Assembly (NCBI GenBank): GCA_041659205.1
Contig: JBAZYS010000004.1
Coordinates: 587 to 64,586, forward strand
DNA from: Minisyncoccota bacterium
GTDB taxonomy: Bacteria; Patescibacteriota; Minisyncoccia; Phycocordibacterales; UBA9973
Length of the DNA: 64,000 nucleotides
Reading direction: 5' to 3'
In this document: piece after piece, positions 1 to 8,920 of the stretch
Layout of the letters: each line of letters starts with the position of its first letter
Position numbering within the stretch: the stretch's first letter is position 1
Position numbers and translations under genes: made by a program
The notes under the pieces: model-generated
Database searches by the model: none
Told to the model about the DNA's origin: nothing
What the model saw: the letters and a program-made list of their open reading frames with translations, nothing else

Positions 1-2
1 AA

Positions 3-209
3 GGTCCACATTTGCATATTCATTTATACGGAAGAGCAAAAAGTGCAAAGATTCAAAAATGGGGAGATGCTTGTTATTTTCCACAAATAGATACAGGTTT
101 TTATGATTCCTTTGAACCACTTAATGATAATGATATTGAAGAGATTAAAAAAGAAATTGAGTTAATTTTAAAAAAAGAGAAATATCAGGATCAATATTGG
201 CATTTATAA
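3..209 (+). CDS. HIT-family protein, C-terminal part (truncated by window start)
   Basis: Frame open from base 3 reads GPHLHIHLYGR, a histidine-triad HxHxH motif. Confidence 0.65.
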   Translation, partial: GPHLHIHLYGRAKSAKIQKWGDACYFPQIDTGFYDSFEPLNDNDIEEIKKEIELILKKEKYQDQYWHL

Positions 210-215
210 ATTTTT

Positions 216-485
216 ATGGAAGAAAGAATTCAAAAATTAGAAAAAGAAGTTGAACTTATTAAAGAGAGAAATTTAAGGGTGGAAGCTGATAAAGCCTGGG
301 AGACAAGTTATTTTCGCGTGTTACTTATTTCAGTAATTATTTATTTAATTGCGGTAAAAGTTTTATATTTTATTGGAACAGGAAATTATTTTTTGAATGC
401 CCTTGTTCCACCAATAGGATATTTTATTTCTGTTCAATCTTTGCCTTTTATTAAAAAGTGGTGGATTAAAAATTTTACTAAGTAA
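216..485 (+). CDS. Small membrane protein, hypothetical
   Basis: 89 aa; N-terminal coiled coil and two hydrophobic segments. Confidence 0.7.
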   Translation: MEERIQKLEKEVELIKERNLRVEADKAWETSYFRVLLISVIIYLIAVKVLYFIGTGNYFLNALVPPIGYFISVQSLPFIKKWWIKNFTK

Positions 486-512
486 AAAAACAACCCCAGC
501 TTTTTGCCGGGG
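484..512 (-). terminator. Intrinsic terminator of the 537-1025 gene
   Basis: Minus strand GCCCCGGC-AAAAA-GCTGGGGT followed by a T run. Confidence 0.65.
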
Positions 513-536
513 CGTGGGTGGGTGATTGATGATGGG

Positions 537-1025
537 CTAGTTGTGGTTCTTGAAGAGATCAGAGATATCGACAAAATGAATCGAAAGGCTGATGCCTTCT
601 CCCGGGTGACCATCCCTGGTGCCCATGCAGATGGGGTCGGCGTAGTGGATCGCCCAATCCTTGCATACGCTGAAATTGTGGTTATTCTGGAGGTTGAGCT
701 CGCTACACGTAGCGAGCCAGAAAAAATCGTACAGATTCCGAATCTCTTGGATGGAAGATTGAATTTCATCGTCGAGAGCAGCGTTTTTCTCCTTTGTATT
801 TTTGCTGAGCATCTCCAGGTCAATTTTGTTGATCCTCTCCTCGAGGTTTTTCTGGGTGCGAGAAATGTAGGCCCAGAGCCATCTGAGCGGCTCGGGAAGA
901 ATCCCAACAAATTTTCCACCATTTTGAGTAGGAGGCTTCAATCTTGCCGCTTCCTGGCTGAGCTCCTTACGGGTAACAGATGAGGTATAAACCTCAAGGT
1001 TTTGGATAAATTTCAAATCGCGCAT
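537..1025 (-). CDS. GC-rich orphan protein
   Basis: 162 aa ORF with AGGAG SD before ATG, an upstream TTGCAT...TACCAT promoter-like pair and a downstream terminator. Confidence 0.6.
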   Translation of the reverse strand: MRDLKFIQNLEVYTSSVTRKELSQEAARLKPPTQNGGKFVGILPEPLRWLWAYISRTQKNLEERINKIDLEMLSKNTKEKNAALDDEIQSSIQEIRNLYDFFWLATCSELNLQNNHNFSVCKDWAIHYADPICMGTRDGHPGEGISLSIHFVDISDLFKNHN

Positions 1026-1257
1026 GTATTCTCCTGTGTTGTGGAATCTCGTCCACGATCAAAGCTACAGGGTTTTTTGATGGTAGCACAATACGAACCT
1101 AGAAATGCAAGATTCACATTGTGCCGCCATCAAAATATTTTTTTCCCAATTATTAAAGAACCATAATTAGTAAACACAGTAGCATTCAAAATGTCACATG
1201 TCAATAAGTATAATATCAATGTTATTTCATAACATTTTTTTATGCTAGAATATAAAA

Positions 1258-2910
1258 GTGAAAAATATAGCCAAAAATATGACTAAAAATACAGCTGAAG
1301 TTTTTGTGAAATGCCTTGAAATAGAGGGAATTTCCTATATTTTTGGTGTTCCGGGTGAAGAAAATTTAACCTTTCTAGAAGCCGTTAGAAATTCAAAAAT
1401 TAAATTTATTACCACTCGCCATGAACAAGCTGCTGTCTTTATGGCTGCAACGGTAGGCAGACTTACGGGTAAAGTTGGCGTAGCCCTTTCTACGCTTGGT
1501 CCCGGGGCAACGAATCTTTTTACTGGTGTCGCTCATGCACAGCTTGCGGGGATTCCACTTCTAGTTATCACAGGACAGAAGCCAATTAAAAAAAGTAAGC
1601 AAGGGCAATTTCAAATTATTGATATTGTAAAGATGATGACTCCGGTTACTAAGTATTCTGCTACGATTGTTTCTGGTGAGAGGATGCCGAGCATGGTTCG
1701 AGAAGCAATGAAGCTTGCCTTAGCAGAGCGTCCTGGGGCTGTTCACTTAGAATTACCTGAAGATATTGCACTTGAGGTTTGTGAAATTCCACCTCTTGTC
1801 CCATACATCATCCGTCGTCCAAATGCAGATACGAAAGCAATTTCTGAAGCTTTGAAGTGTATCGAAGAATCAAAACATCCAATTATTATTTTAGCTGCAG
1901 GAGGGAATAGAAAACTTGTTCGTAAACAATTAAAAGTATTTTTAGATAAAACTGGGATACCATTTGTCTCAACTCAAATGGGTAAGGGTGTTGAAGATGA
2001 AAGTTCCTCTTTGTATATTGGTACCACCGCTCTTTCTGCTGGAGATTATGTGCACAAAGCCTTAACTTATGCAGACCTAGTTGTCATGATTGGGCATGAC
2101 ATAAGTGAAAAGCCCCCAATTACTTTAAATGGAGAAAATTGTAAAGTCATTCATATAAATTTCAGCCCTGCAGAAGTTGATGATGTTTATATTCCGACGC
2201 ATGAAGTTGTCGGTGATATTTCCCACACCCTCTGGTCATTTACTGAAGACATAAATATTAATCCTTCTTGGGACTTTAAATATTTCTTTAAAATGAGAGA
2301 TATTTTAAAAAAGGACATTATGCAGTTTGCTAATTCAACAGAATTTCCACTTCGACCTGAACATGTTGTTTCTGACATTGGTAAAGTAATGCCAAGTGAC
2401 GGTATACTCGCTCTAGACAATGGAATGTATAAAATTTGGATTGCTAGGAATTATGTATGCAAAGAGCAAAATAGTATCCTGTTAGATAATGCACTTGCGA
2501 CCATGGGTGCAGGTTTACCTTCGGGAATTGCGGCGAAGATGATTTATCCTAATAAAAAGGTTTTAATCGTCTCTGGTGATGGTGGAATAATGATGAGTAT
2601 CGCTGAGATAGAAACAGCAGTGAGACTGAAGATTGATTTAGTAATTCTAATTTTGAACGATTCTGGTTTTGGAATGATTCGCTGGAAACAAAAAGACATG
2701 AAATTACCTCATTTCGGTCTTTCTTTTAATAATCCAGATTTTGTAATGTTAGCAAAAAGTTTCGGTGCAATTGGACATAAAGTTAAAAGTGCAAAAGATT
2801 TAGCTCTTGTGCTGAAGAAAGCATTAAATTCAAAAGGAGTGCACGTAATTGATTGTCCTGTTAGTTACGATGCAGCCAATAAGTCATTAGGTCTTATTAA
2901 AAATAAATAA
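1258..2910 (+). CDS. ThDP-dependent acetolactate-synthase-like enzyme (possible 2-oxoglutarate decarboxylase)
   Basis: FGVPGEEN, RHEQAA, GPGATN and the GDGG...ND ThDP motif; TAGAAT-N6-GTG start. Confidence 0.9.
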   Translation: MKNIAKNMTKNTAEVFVKCLEIEGISYIFGVPGEENLTFLEAVRNSKIKFITTRHEQAAVFMAATVGRLTGKVGVALSTLGPGATNLFTGVAHAQLAGIPLLVITGQKPIKKSKQGQFQIIDIVKMMTPVTKYSATIVSGERMPSMVREAMKLALAERPGAVHLELPEDIALEVCEIPPLVPYIIRRPNADTKAISEALKCIEESKHPIIILAAGGNRKLVRKQLKVFLDKTGIPFVSTQMGKGVEDESSSLYIGTTALSAGDYVHKALTYADLVVMIGHDISEKPPITLNGENCKVIHINFSPAEVDDVYIPTHEVVGDISHTLWSFTEDININPSWDFKYFFKMRDILKKDIMQFANSTEFPLRPEHVVSDIGKVMPSDGILALDNGMYKIWIARNYVCKEQNSILLDNALATMGAGLPSGIAAKMIYPNKKVLIVSGDGGIMMSIAEIETAVRLKIDLVILILNDSGFGMIRWKQKDMKLPHFGLSFNNPDFVMLAKSFGAIGHKVKSAKDLALVLKKALNSKGVHVIDCPVSYDAANKSLGLIKNK

Positions 2911-2922
2911 AATAATTAAGTT

Positions 2923-4290
2923 ATGGCAATTCAATCAAAAAATCCTGCAACACTTGAGGTCACAAAGAGTTTTGATGAACTAAGTGATACTGCTTTAGAA
3001 CAGAAAATTTCTAATGCATATAATTTTTTTCATAGCTGGAAAAATACTTCTTTTAATGAACGTGCAAAATTATTGCATGCCCATGCTAAATATCTTCGAG
3101 CACATGCAGAGGATATGGCCATACTAGCTAGTATCGAAATGGGTAAGACAAAAAAAGCTGGAATTACTGAAGTTGAAAAATGTGCTTTGGTTTGTGATTA
3201 TTATGCAGACAATGCAGAGAGCATGCTTGCAAATCAAAAAATTGAATCAAATGCCAAAGAGAACTATGTATCTTTCGAACCCCTTGGTGTCGTGCTCGCT
3301 GTAATGCCTTGGAATTTCCCATATTGGCAAGTATATCGTTTTATCGCGCCAGCCTTGATGGCAGGGAATGTGGGGCTCTTGAAGCATGCTTCGAACGTAC
3401 CCCAATGTGCGGAAGCTATAGAAAAGGCATTTTTAGAATCAGGTTTTCCAAAAGAAGCTTTTCAAAATTTATTCATTAGTTCAGCTAGAGTTGAGAAAGT
3501 AATCCGTGACCCTCGTGTTATGGCTGTCACTCTAACTGGCAGTGAAAATGCAGGGAAAAGTGTAGCATCCATTGCTGGTAGTGAGATAAAGAAAACAGTC
3601 CTTGAGCTTGGTGGTAGTGATCCATTTATTGTATTAGAAGATGCAGATATAGAATCTGCTGCAGAAAATGCAATGATAGGAAGAATGCAAAACAATGTGG
3701 GGCAGAGCTGTATCGCTGCAAAAAGATTTATTGTTTTAGAATCCGTTGCAGAAAAATTTACAAAGGCACTTCTAAATTATTTTTCAAAACTAGTTATTGG
3801 TGACCCACTTTCACTAGAGACCAATGTCGGTCCACTTGCGACTGAACAAGGTCTCCTAGAGGTAGAGAGACAAGTTAATGAATCAGTAAAGAAGGGAGCA
3901 AAGATATTATATGGTGGGAAAAGAATAGGAGATAAGGGATATTTCTTTGAGCCGACAATTTTAAGTAATATATCAAAAGGAATGCCTGTCTACGACGAAG
4001 AGACATTTGGGCCGATAGCACCTATCATTGTCGTTTCGAGCATTGATGAAGCTATAAACGTCGCCAATGATACTTCATTCGGGCTAGGAGCGACCATATT
4101 TTCTAAAGATATAGAGAATGCAAAGAAGTTAGCTACAAAGATTGAAGCAGGGAATGTATTCATCAATGGCTCCGTGCGGTCTGATCCACGTGTACCATTC
4201 GGTGGAATAAAACATTCGGGTTATGGACGGGAACTTTCGGATTATGGTATAAAAGAATTCGTTAATATTAAAAATGTTTATATCGTTTAG
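2923..4290 (+). CDS. NAD(P)-dependent succinate-semialdehyde dehydrogenase (Sad/SsaD-like)
   Basis: MPWNFP, LKHAS, LELGGSDP, GQSCIAAKR, EETFGP. Confidence 0.9.
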   Translation: MAIQSKNPATLEVTKSFDELSDTALEQKISNAYNFFHSWKNTSFNERAKLLHAHAKYLRAHAEDMAILASIEMGKTKKAGITEVEKCALVCDYYADNAESMLANQKIESNAKENYVSFEPLGVVLAVMPWNFPYWQVYRFIAPALMAGNVGLLKHASNVPQCAEAIEKAFLESGFPKEAFQNLFISSARVEKVIRDPRVMAVTLTGSENAGKSVASIAGSEIKKTVLELGGSDPFIVLEDADIESAAENAMIGRMQNNVGQSCIAAKRFIVLESVAEKFTKALLNYFSKLVIGDPLSLETNVGPLATEQGLLEVERQVNESVKKGAKILYGGKRIGDKGYFFEPTILSNISKGMPVYDEETFGPIAPIIVVSSIDEAINVANDTSFGLGATIFSKDIENAKKLATKIEAGNVFINGSVRSDPRVPFGGIKHSGYGRELSDYGIKEFVNIKNVYIV

Positions 4291-4300
4291 AAAATAATAT

Positions 4301-4972
4301 ATGGAAAAAAATTATAAATACTTAGGTGCAATTAGTGTCTTTTTTGTTTCGGTTTTACTTATTTCAAATGTTGCCTCGACCAAGATTGTTGATTTAAAAT
4401 ATTTTATTTTCGATGGGGGAACTTTACTTTTCCCTCTTTCATATATTTTTGGAGACATTCTAACTGAGGTTTATGGTTACAAGAGGTCTCGAGGTATTAT
4501 CTGGCTCGGTTTTTTTATGGCTCTACTTATGTCTATTATATTTATCGTAGTAGGTAAGTTGCCTGCGGCAATAGGCTGGGATAACCAGGCGGCTTATGAT
4601 GCAATACTTGGATTAACTCCTAGAATAGTGGCAGCGAGTTTGATTGCATATTTCTTTGGTGAATTTTCAAATTCTTTTATTCTCGCAAAGATGAAAATCT
4701 TAACTAAGGGTAAATGGCTCTGGACTAGAACTATCGGCTCGACTGTCGTCGGAGAATTAGTAGATAGTGCACTTTTTATTGTGATTGCATTCCTTGGAAT
4801 TTTACCAAATTCTCTACTTATAACTTTGATAGTCTCTAATTACTTATTTAAAACTGGTATCGAAATATTATTTACACCTATAACTTATAGGGTAGTAAAG
4901 TTTTTGAAGAAAAGAGAAAATGAGGATTATTATGATAATAATACCAACTTTAATCCATTTGTAGCAGAATAG
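4301..4972 (+). CDS. yhhQ: Queuosine precursor transporter (VUT/YhhQ family)
   Basis: FPLSYIFGDILTEVYG and RTIGSTVVGELVDS motifs; multiple TM helices. Confidence 0.85.
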   Translation: MEKNYKYLGAISVFFVSVLLISNVASTKIVDLKYFIFDGGTLLFPLSYIFGDILTEVYGYKRSRGIIWLGFFMALLMSIIFIVVGKLPAAIGWDNQAAYDAILGLTPRIVAASLIAYFFGEFSNSFILAKMKILTKGKWLWTRTIGSTVVGELVDSALFIVIAFLGILPNSLLITLIVSNYLFKTGIEILFTPITYRVVKFLKKRENEDYYDNNTNFNPFVAE

Positions 4973-4976
4973 TATT

Positions 4977-5318
4977 TTATTCTTCTTTTTCAAACATTTG
5001 TAAGACCCAGTTTACAATTCCGAGTACAATACCGAACAAGAATGCCCACCAAAAACTTTTTACTGTAAATCCTGGTACGATATAACTTGCGAGCATAACC
5101 AGAAAACCATTAATAAATAATACTGAAAGACCGAGGCTCAATACTGTTAAGGGTAACGTTAGAAAAACAAGTATTGGACGTAAAATTGCATTAATGGCAC
5201 CGAGAACCACTGCCAAAACAAGTGCGGCTACTATCCCTGTTACATGTACTCCTGGTAATATATATGCTGTAACTAATATAGCGAGAGCAGAAACAATAAA
5301 ATGTATTAATGTTTTCAT
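4977..5318 (-). CDS. YvlD / 4-TM phage-holin-family membrane protein
   Basis: NAILRPILVFLTLPLTVLSLGL..FING motif. Confidence 0.85.
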   Translation of the reverse strand: MKTLIHFIVSALAILVTAYILPGVHVTGIVAALVLAVVLGAINAILRPILVFLTLPLTVLSLGLSVLFINGFLVMLASYIVPGFTVKSFWWAFLFGIVLGIVNWVLQMFEKEE

Positions 5319-6154
5319 AATTTATTAATTATACCACTTAAGTTTTTGGATGCATCTAACCATTTAATTTCTCTATCTCTTTTAAACCAGGTCATCTGCC
5401 TTTTTGCATATTTGAGTGTTTCAGTTACAACTTTTTCATAAGTTGGTTCATTGTATTCAAAGCCGAATTCCTTAAGTCTTTTGTCCGAAATACCCTTATT
5501 TTTAAGGCTTTTTATCTCTTTAAGTAATCCGGCTTTAAACATAGCTTTAACTCTTTTCTTAATTTTCTTTTTTAATTTTTCCTCTGGTAAATATAATCCA
5601 ATTTTTACAAATTTATACATAGGTTTAATCTCTGTCATTTCAGGAACTTTACCTAGTGCTTTTGCTATTTCTATTGCTCTCATAAGTCTTACTTTATTTT
5701 TAACATCAATATTTTTAGCACGCCTTTGATCAAGTTTTCTTAATATTTTCAAGAGTTCCATTTCAGTTTTTTTCTCTAGAATCTTACGTAGTTTTATGTT
5801 TGGAGGAACTTCAGGGAAAACTATACCTTTCACAATTGCATCAATATAAAATCCCGTTCCTCCACAAATGATTGGAGTCTTGCCTCGAGCTAAAATTTCA
5901 CTTATCTTTTCCTCCGCAAGTTTTTTATATTCTGTGACTGTAAATTTATGTTTGAGGTTTGCCACGTTCAGCAAGTAATGGGGAATACCTTTCATTTCTT
6001 TTTTGGATATTTTACCTGTTCCAATATCTAGGTTTTTATAAACTTGTCTAGAATCTGCAGAAATAATCTCTCCACTAACCTTCTTGGCAATTTTAACAGC
6101 CAGAGAACTCTTCCCTGTAGCTGTCTGTCCTAATATCACAATAACTTTTTTCAT
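5315..6154 (-). CDS. miaA: tRNA dimethylallyltransferase
   Basis: GQTATGKS, DSRQVY, GGTGFY, YAKRQMTWF. Confidence 0.95.
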   Translation of the reverse strand: MKKVIVILGQTATGKSSLAVKIAKKVSGEIISADSRQVYKNLDIGTGKISKKEMKGIPHYLLNVANLKHKFTVTEYKKLAEEKISEILARGKTPIICGGTGFYIDAIVKGIVFPEVPPNIKLRKILEKKTEMELLKILRKLDQRRAKNIDVKNKVRLMRAIEIAKALGKVPEMTEIKPMYKFVKIGLYLPEEKLKKKIKKRVKAMFKAGLLKEIKSLKNKGISDKRLKEFGFEYNEPTYEKVVTETLKYAKRQMTWFKRDREIKWLDASKNLSGIINKL

Positions 6155-6161
6155 ATTATTA

Positions 6162-6268
6162 AATTATGACATAACTTTTCGTAGGGGTTTTGCGAGTGAC
6201 GACGAGCAAACTTCAGGATTCTTTAAGCTTCAAAGAATCCGTACCGTAGAAGAGTTGATGTCATAATT
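6162..6268. repeat. Branched palindromic element, copy A (shares its core with 17012-17124)
   Basis: Outer stem 6162-6180/6249-6268 enclosing two hairpins; ~70-nt core nearly identical to copy B. Confidence 0.85.
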
Positions 6269-6273
6269 GCTTA

Positions 6274-7605
6274 TTATTTTAAAATTTTAATATCTGCACC
6301 GATTGAGTTTAGACGTTTTGCTATTTCTTCATAGCCACGATTTATCATATAGACATTTCGGAGAATTGATGTTCCAGGAGCTCCAAGCATGGAAATAAGG
6401 ATAACCATCGATGGACGAAGGGCTGGAGGACATACCACCTGAGTTGCTTTAAGCGGTGTCCCACCTTGAATATAAAGACGATGTGCATCTGTTAGGCTTA
6501 CATTTGCTCCAAGTCGATTTAGTTCCGTCATATATATCATACGAACCTCATAGAACCAATCATGAATCATTGTCTGACCCTTTGCTTTTATTGCAATAGG
6601 TACAAAAAATGGCAGGTTGTCGATATTTATTCCAGGATAAATATTCGCATGTATTTTGTCTTGCAATGCTATCAATTTACTTGGGAATATTTCTATGTCT
6701 GCGAGTTTTGTACGGCCGTTGTAAGAATAATATCTCTTTAAAACTTTAAATTTCAAATGCATCCTGCGTAATTTTTCAAGCTCTAAAGAAAGGAAATCAA
6801 TTGGGCATCTGGTGATGGTAAGCCTTGAGTCTGTAACAATGCAGGCTGAGATAAACATCATGGATTCAATAGGGTCTTCGCTATTCCAGTATTCAACATT
6901 TTTATTTATTTCACTAACTCCATGAACAATTAAAGTGGAAGTTCCCACTCCGTCAATCTTTACTCCAAGGGTCTCAAGAAAGAAACAAACTTCTTGAACC
7001 ATATAATTATTACTCATGAAGCTTATTGTGGTATCTCCTTTGATTAAGGCTGCAGCAAATAAAGTATTTTCGCACGCAGTTTCTCCAGTTTCATACATAA
7101 CTATTTCTGCGGGTTTTAATTTTTTTGCAGTAATTTCATAGCTTTCACTAGTCGTTTTAATTTTTATGCCAAGTTCTTCTAGTGCATAAATATGAGCGGC
7201 AATTGTGCGTTTACCTAGATTACAACCTTGAGCGTGGGGCAATGAAAAGGATGGAATATGGTGTACCAATGATCCTATCAACATTACAACAGAACGAGTC
7301 CTAATAGATGACTCTACATTAATGTTTTTTAAATTAAATTTTTTCGGTGGAGTTATTTTAACAGTATTTTTATCCTTCCACTCAACACTTACTCCAATGC
7401 TTTCTAAAATTTCAATTACTCTATTTACTTCTTCGATTCTTGCAATACCATGAAGGGTAGTTGTGCCCTTATTTAAAAGTGAAGCACAGAGAAGGCCCAC
7501 AGATCCGTTTTTAGAAAAGTTCGTTTTAATACTTCCGCTCAATTTTTTTCCTCCATTTACTTCGAAATCAATTGAACTGCTTAATTGTATTTTTTTATTT
7601 TTCAT
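6274..7605 (-). CDS. murA: UDP-N-acetylglucosamine 1-carboxyvinyltransferase
   Basis: SKN, GCNLGKR catalytic loop, YPG, RGYE. Confidence 0.9.
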   Translation of the reverse strand: MKNKKIQLSSSIDFEVNGGKKLSGSIKTNFSKNGSVGLLCASLLNKGTTTLHGIARIEEVNRVIEILESIGVSVEWKDKNTVKITPPKKFNLKNINVESSIRTRSVVMLIGSLVHHIPSFSLPHAQGCNLGKRTIAAHIYALEELGIKIKTTSESYEITAKKLKPAEIVMYETGETACENTLFAAALIKGDTTISFMSNNYMVQEVCFFLETLGVKIDGVGTSTLIVHGVSEINKNVEYWNSEDPIESMMFISACIVTDSRLTITRCPIDFLSLELEKLRRMHLKFKVLKRYYSYNGRTKLADIEIFPSKLIALQDKIHANIYPGINIDNLPFFVPIAIKAKGQTMIHDWFYEVRMIYMTELNRLGANVSLTDAHRLYIQGGTPLKATQVVCPPALRPSMVILISMLGAPGTSILRNVYMINRGYEEIAKRLNSIGADIKILK

Positions 7606-7624
7606 GGCTTTAAACTTTCAGCTT

Positions 7625-7644
7625 TGTGCCCGGGGAGAGAATCG
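7625..7644 (-). repeat. 20-bp duplicate of the tRNA-Leu 3' end
   Basis: TGTGCCCGGGGAGAGAATCG identical to 7738-7757. Confidence 0.9.
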
Positions 7645-7739
7645 GCTATTACATAGCCAGGTGATTTTCGGCTTCATATTATTCAGCAACGAAAATCCTT
7701 TCGATTCTCCCACGTAAACAAATAAATTTGTTTACTCTG

Positions 7740-7823
7740 TGCCCGGGGAGAGAATCGAACTCTCATGTTGTTGCCAACAATAGATTTTGAGTCTATCGCG
7801 TCTACCAATTCCGCCACCCGGGC
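7740..7823 (-). tRNA. tRNA-Leu(CAA)
   Basis: GCCCGGG acceptor stem, ATAGA-CTCAAAA-TCTAT anticodon arm, long variable arm, GTTCGATT T-loop. Confidence 0.95.
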
Positions 7824-7897
7824 AATTCACACATTCTACACAAAATATGCAGTAAAATCAATTGTTAAAAACGAGGTCTATATGCTAAAATAGTTTT

Positions 7898-8920
7898 ATG
7901 TCTAATTTATATTCCAATTCAATTTTCTGGATTGATACTGATAAAATTAAACCAAATCCTTATCAACCAAGGCGTGATTTCGACGAAGCCAGACTTCAGG
8001 ATTTGGCTGATTCTATCAAGCAATACGGTGTCCTTCAGCCCCTCATTGTGTCTAGGGTTGAACTAGAAAAAGAAGGTGGTGGGCTCGTTACTGAATATGA
8101 ATTAATAGCAGGAGAACGTAGACTTCGTGCTGCAAAACTTGCTCAAGTGTCTCAGGTGCCTGCGGTCATCCGTCAAGGAGATACGAGCATAATGAAGCTT
8201 GAGCTCGCAATTATTGAGAATTTACAAAGAGAAGATCTGAATTCTGTTGATCGTGCACGAGCCTTTTTTCGTTTAGTAAGTGAGTTTAAGTTCACACATG
8301 CAGAAATTGCAAAAAAGATGGGCCGAAGTAGGGAATACGTATCTAACTCTTTACGCATCTTAACCTTGCCTGAAGAAATTTTAAATGCTTTATCAGAAGG
8401 CAAGATTACTGAAGGCCACACCAGACCAATTTTAATGCTCGTAGATCATCCAGAAGAGCAGTTAGTCTTGTTTAAGGAAATTTTATATAAGAAAATAACT
8501 GTTCGTGAAGCAGAGAGGTTAGCTCGAAAAATTGCTTATGATCGCGTACGTAAGAAAGAATTCATGCCTGACCCAGAGATTAGTGAACTTGAGGAAGAGT
8601 TTCAGGAAAAGCTTGGCACTCGTGTTCACATTGATAGACGTGAGCTTGGTGGGCAAATTAAAATTGACTTTTTCTCTACAGAAGATCTACGTACTATCTT
8701 AGATTTAATTCACAAGGGTGCAATTGAAAAAAGACCTGGTGAAATGTTAGAAAATTACATTGCCCAAAATACTGTTAATGAGACAGTTCCGTCAGGTGCC
8801 GCACATCCTATAGAGGGAGAGGTCGCTATAGCAGAAGAGAATCCAATCGACGATAGAACTAAAGATGAAACAGAAAAAGACGATACTGACCTGTACAATA
8901 TTTCTAAATTTAGTGTTTAA
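7898..8920 (+). CDS. parB: ParB/Spo0J chromosome partitioning protein
   Basis: PNPYQPR, GERRLRA, ENLQREDL, HTH. Confidence 0.93.
   Translation: MSNLYSNSIFWIDTDKIKPNPYQPRRDFDEARLQDLADSIKQYGVLQPLIVSRVELEKEGGGLVTEYELIAGERRLRAAKLAQVSQVPAVIRQGDTSIMKLELAIIENLQREDLNSVDRARAFFRLVSEFKFTHAEIAKKMGRSREYVSNSLRILTLPEEILNALSEGKITEGHTRPILMLVDHPEEQLVLFKEILYKKITVREAERLARKIAYDRVRKKEFMPDPEISELEEEFQEKLGTRVHIDRRELGGQIKIDFFSTEDLRTILDLIHKGAIEKRPGEMLENYIAQNTVNETVPSGAAHPIEGEVAIAEENPIDDRTKDETEKDDTDLYNISKFSV

Noticed and set aside
434-983. Overlapping ORFs 434-922(-) and 504-983(+)
   Set aside because: Probably shadow frames of a GC-rich segment; only 537-1025(-) has an SD, promoter and terminator
4977-5318. Holin as evidence of a phage
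   Set aside because: YvlD-type proteins are common chromosomal genes; this one overlaps miaA and has no endolysin neighbour
6084-6266. 60-aa + strand ORF
   Set aside because: Antisense to the miaA start and reads through the palindromic element; likely incidental
7625-7757. Integrated island at tRNA-Leu
   Set aside because: Only 93 nt separate the direct repeats and no integrase is adjacent; kept only as a structured trailer or scar
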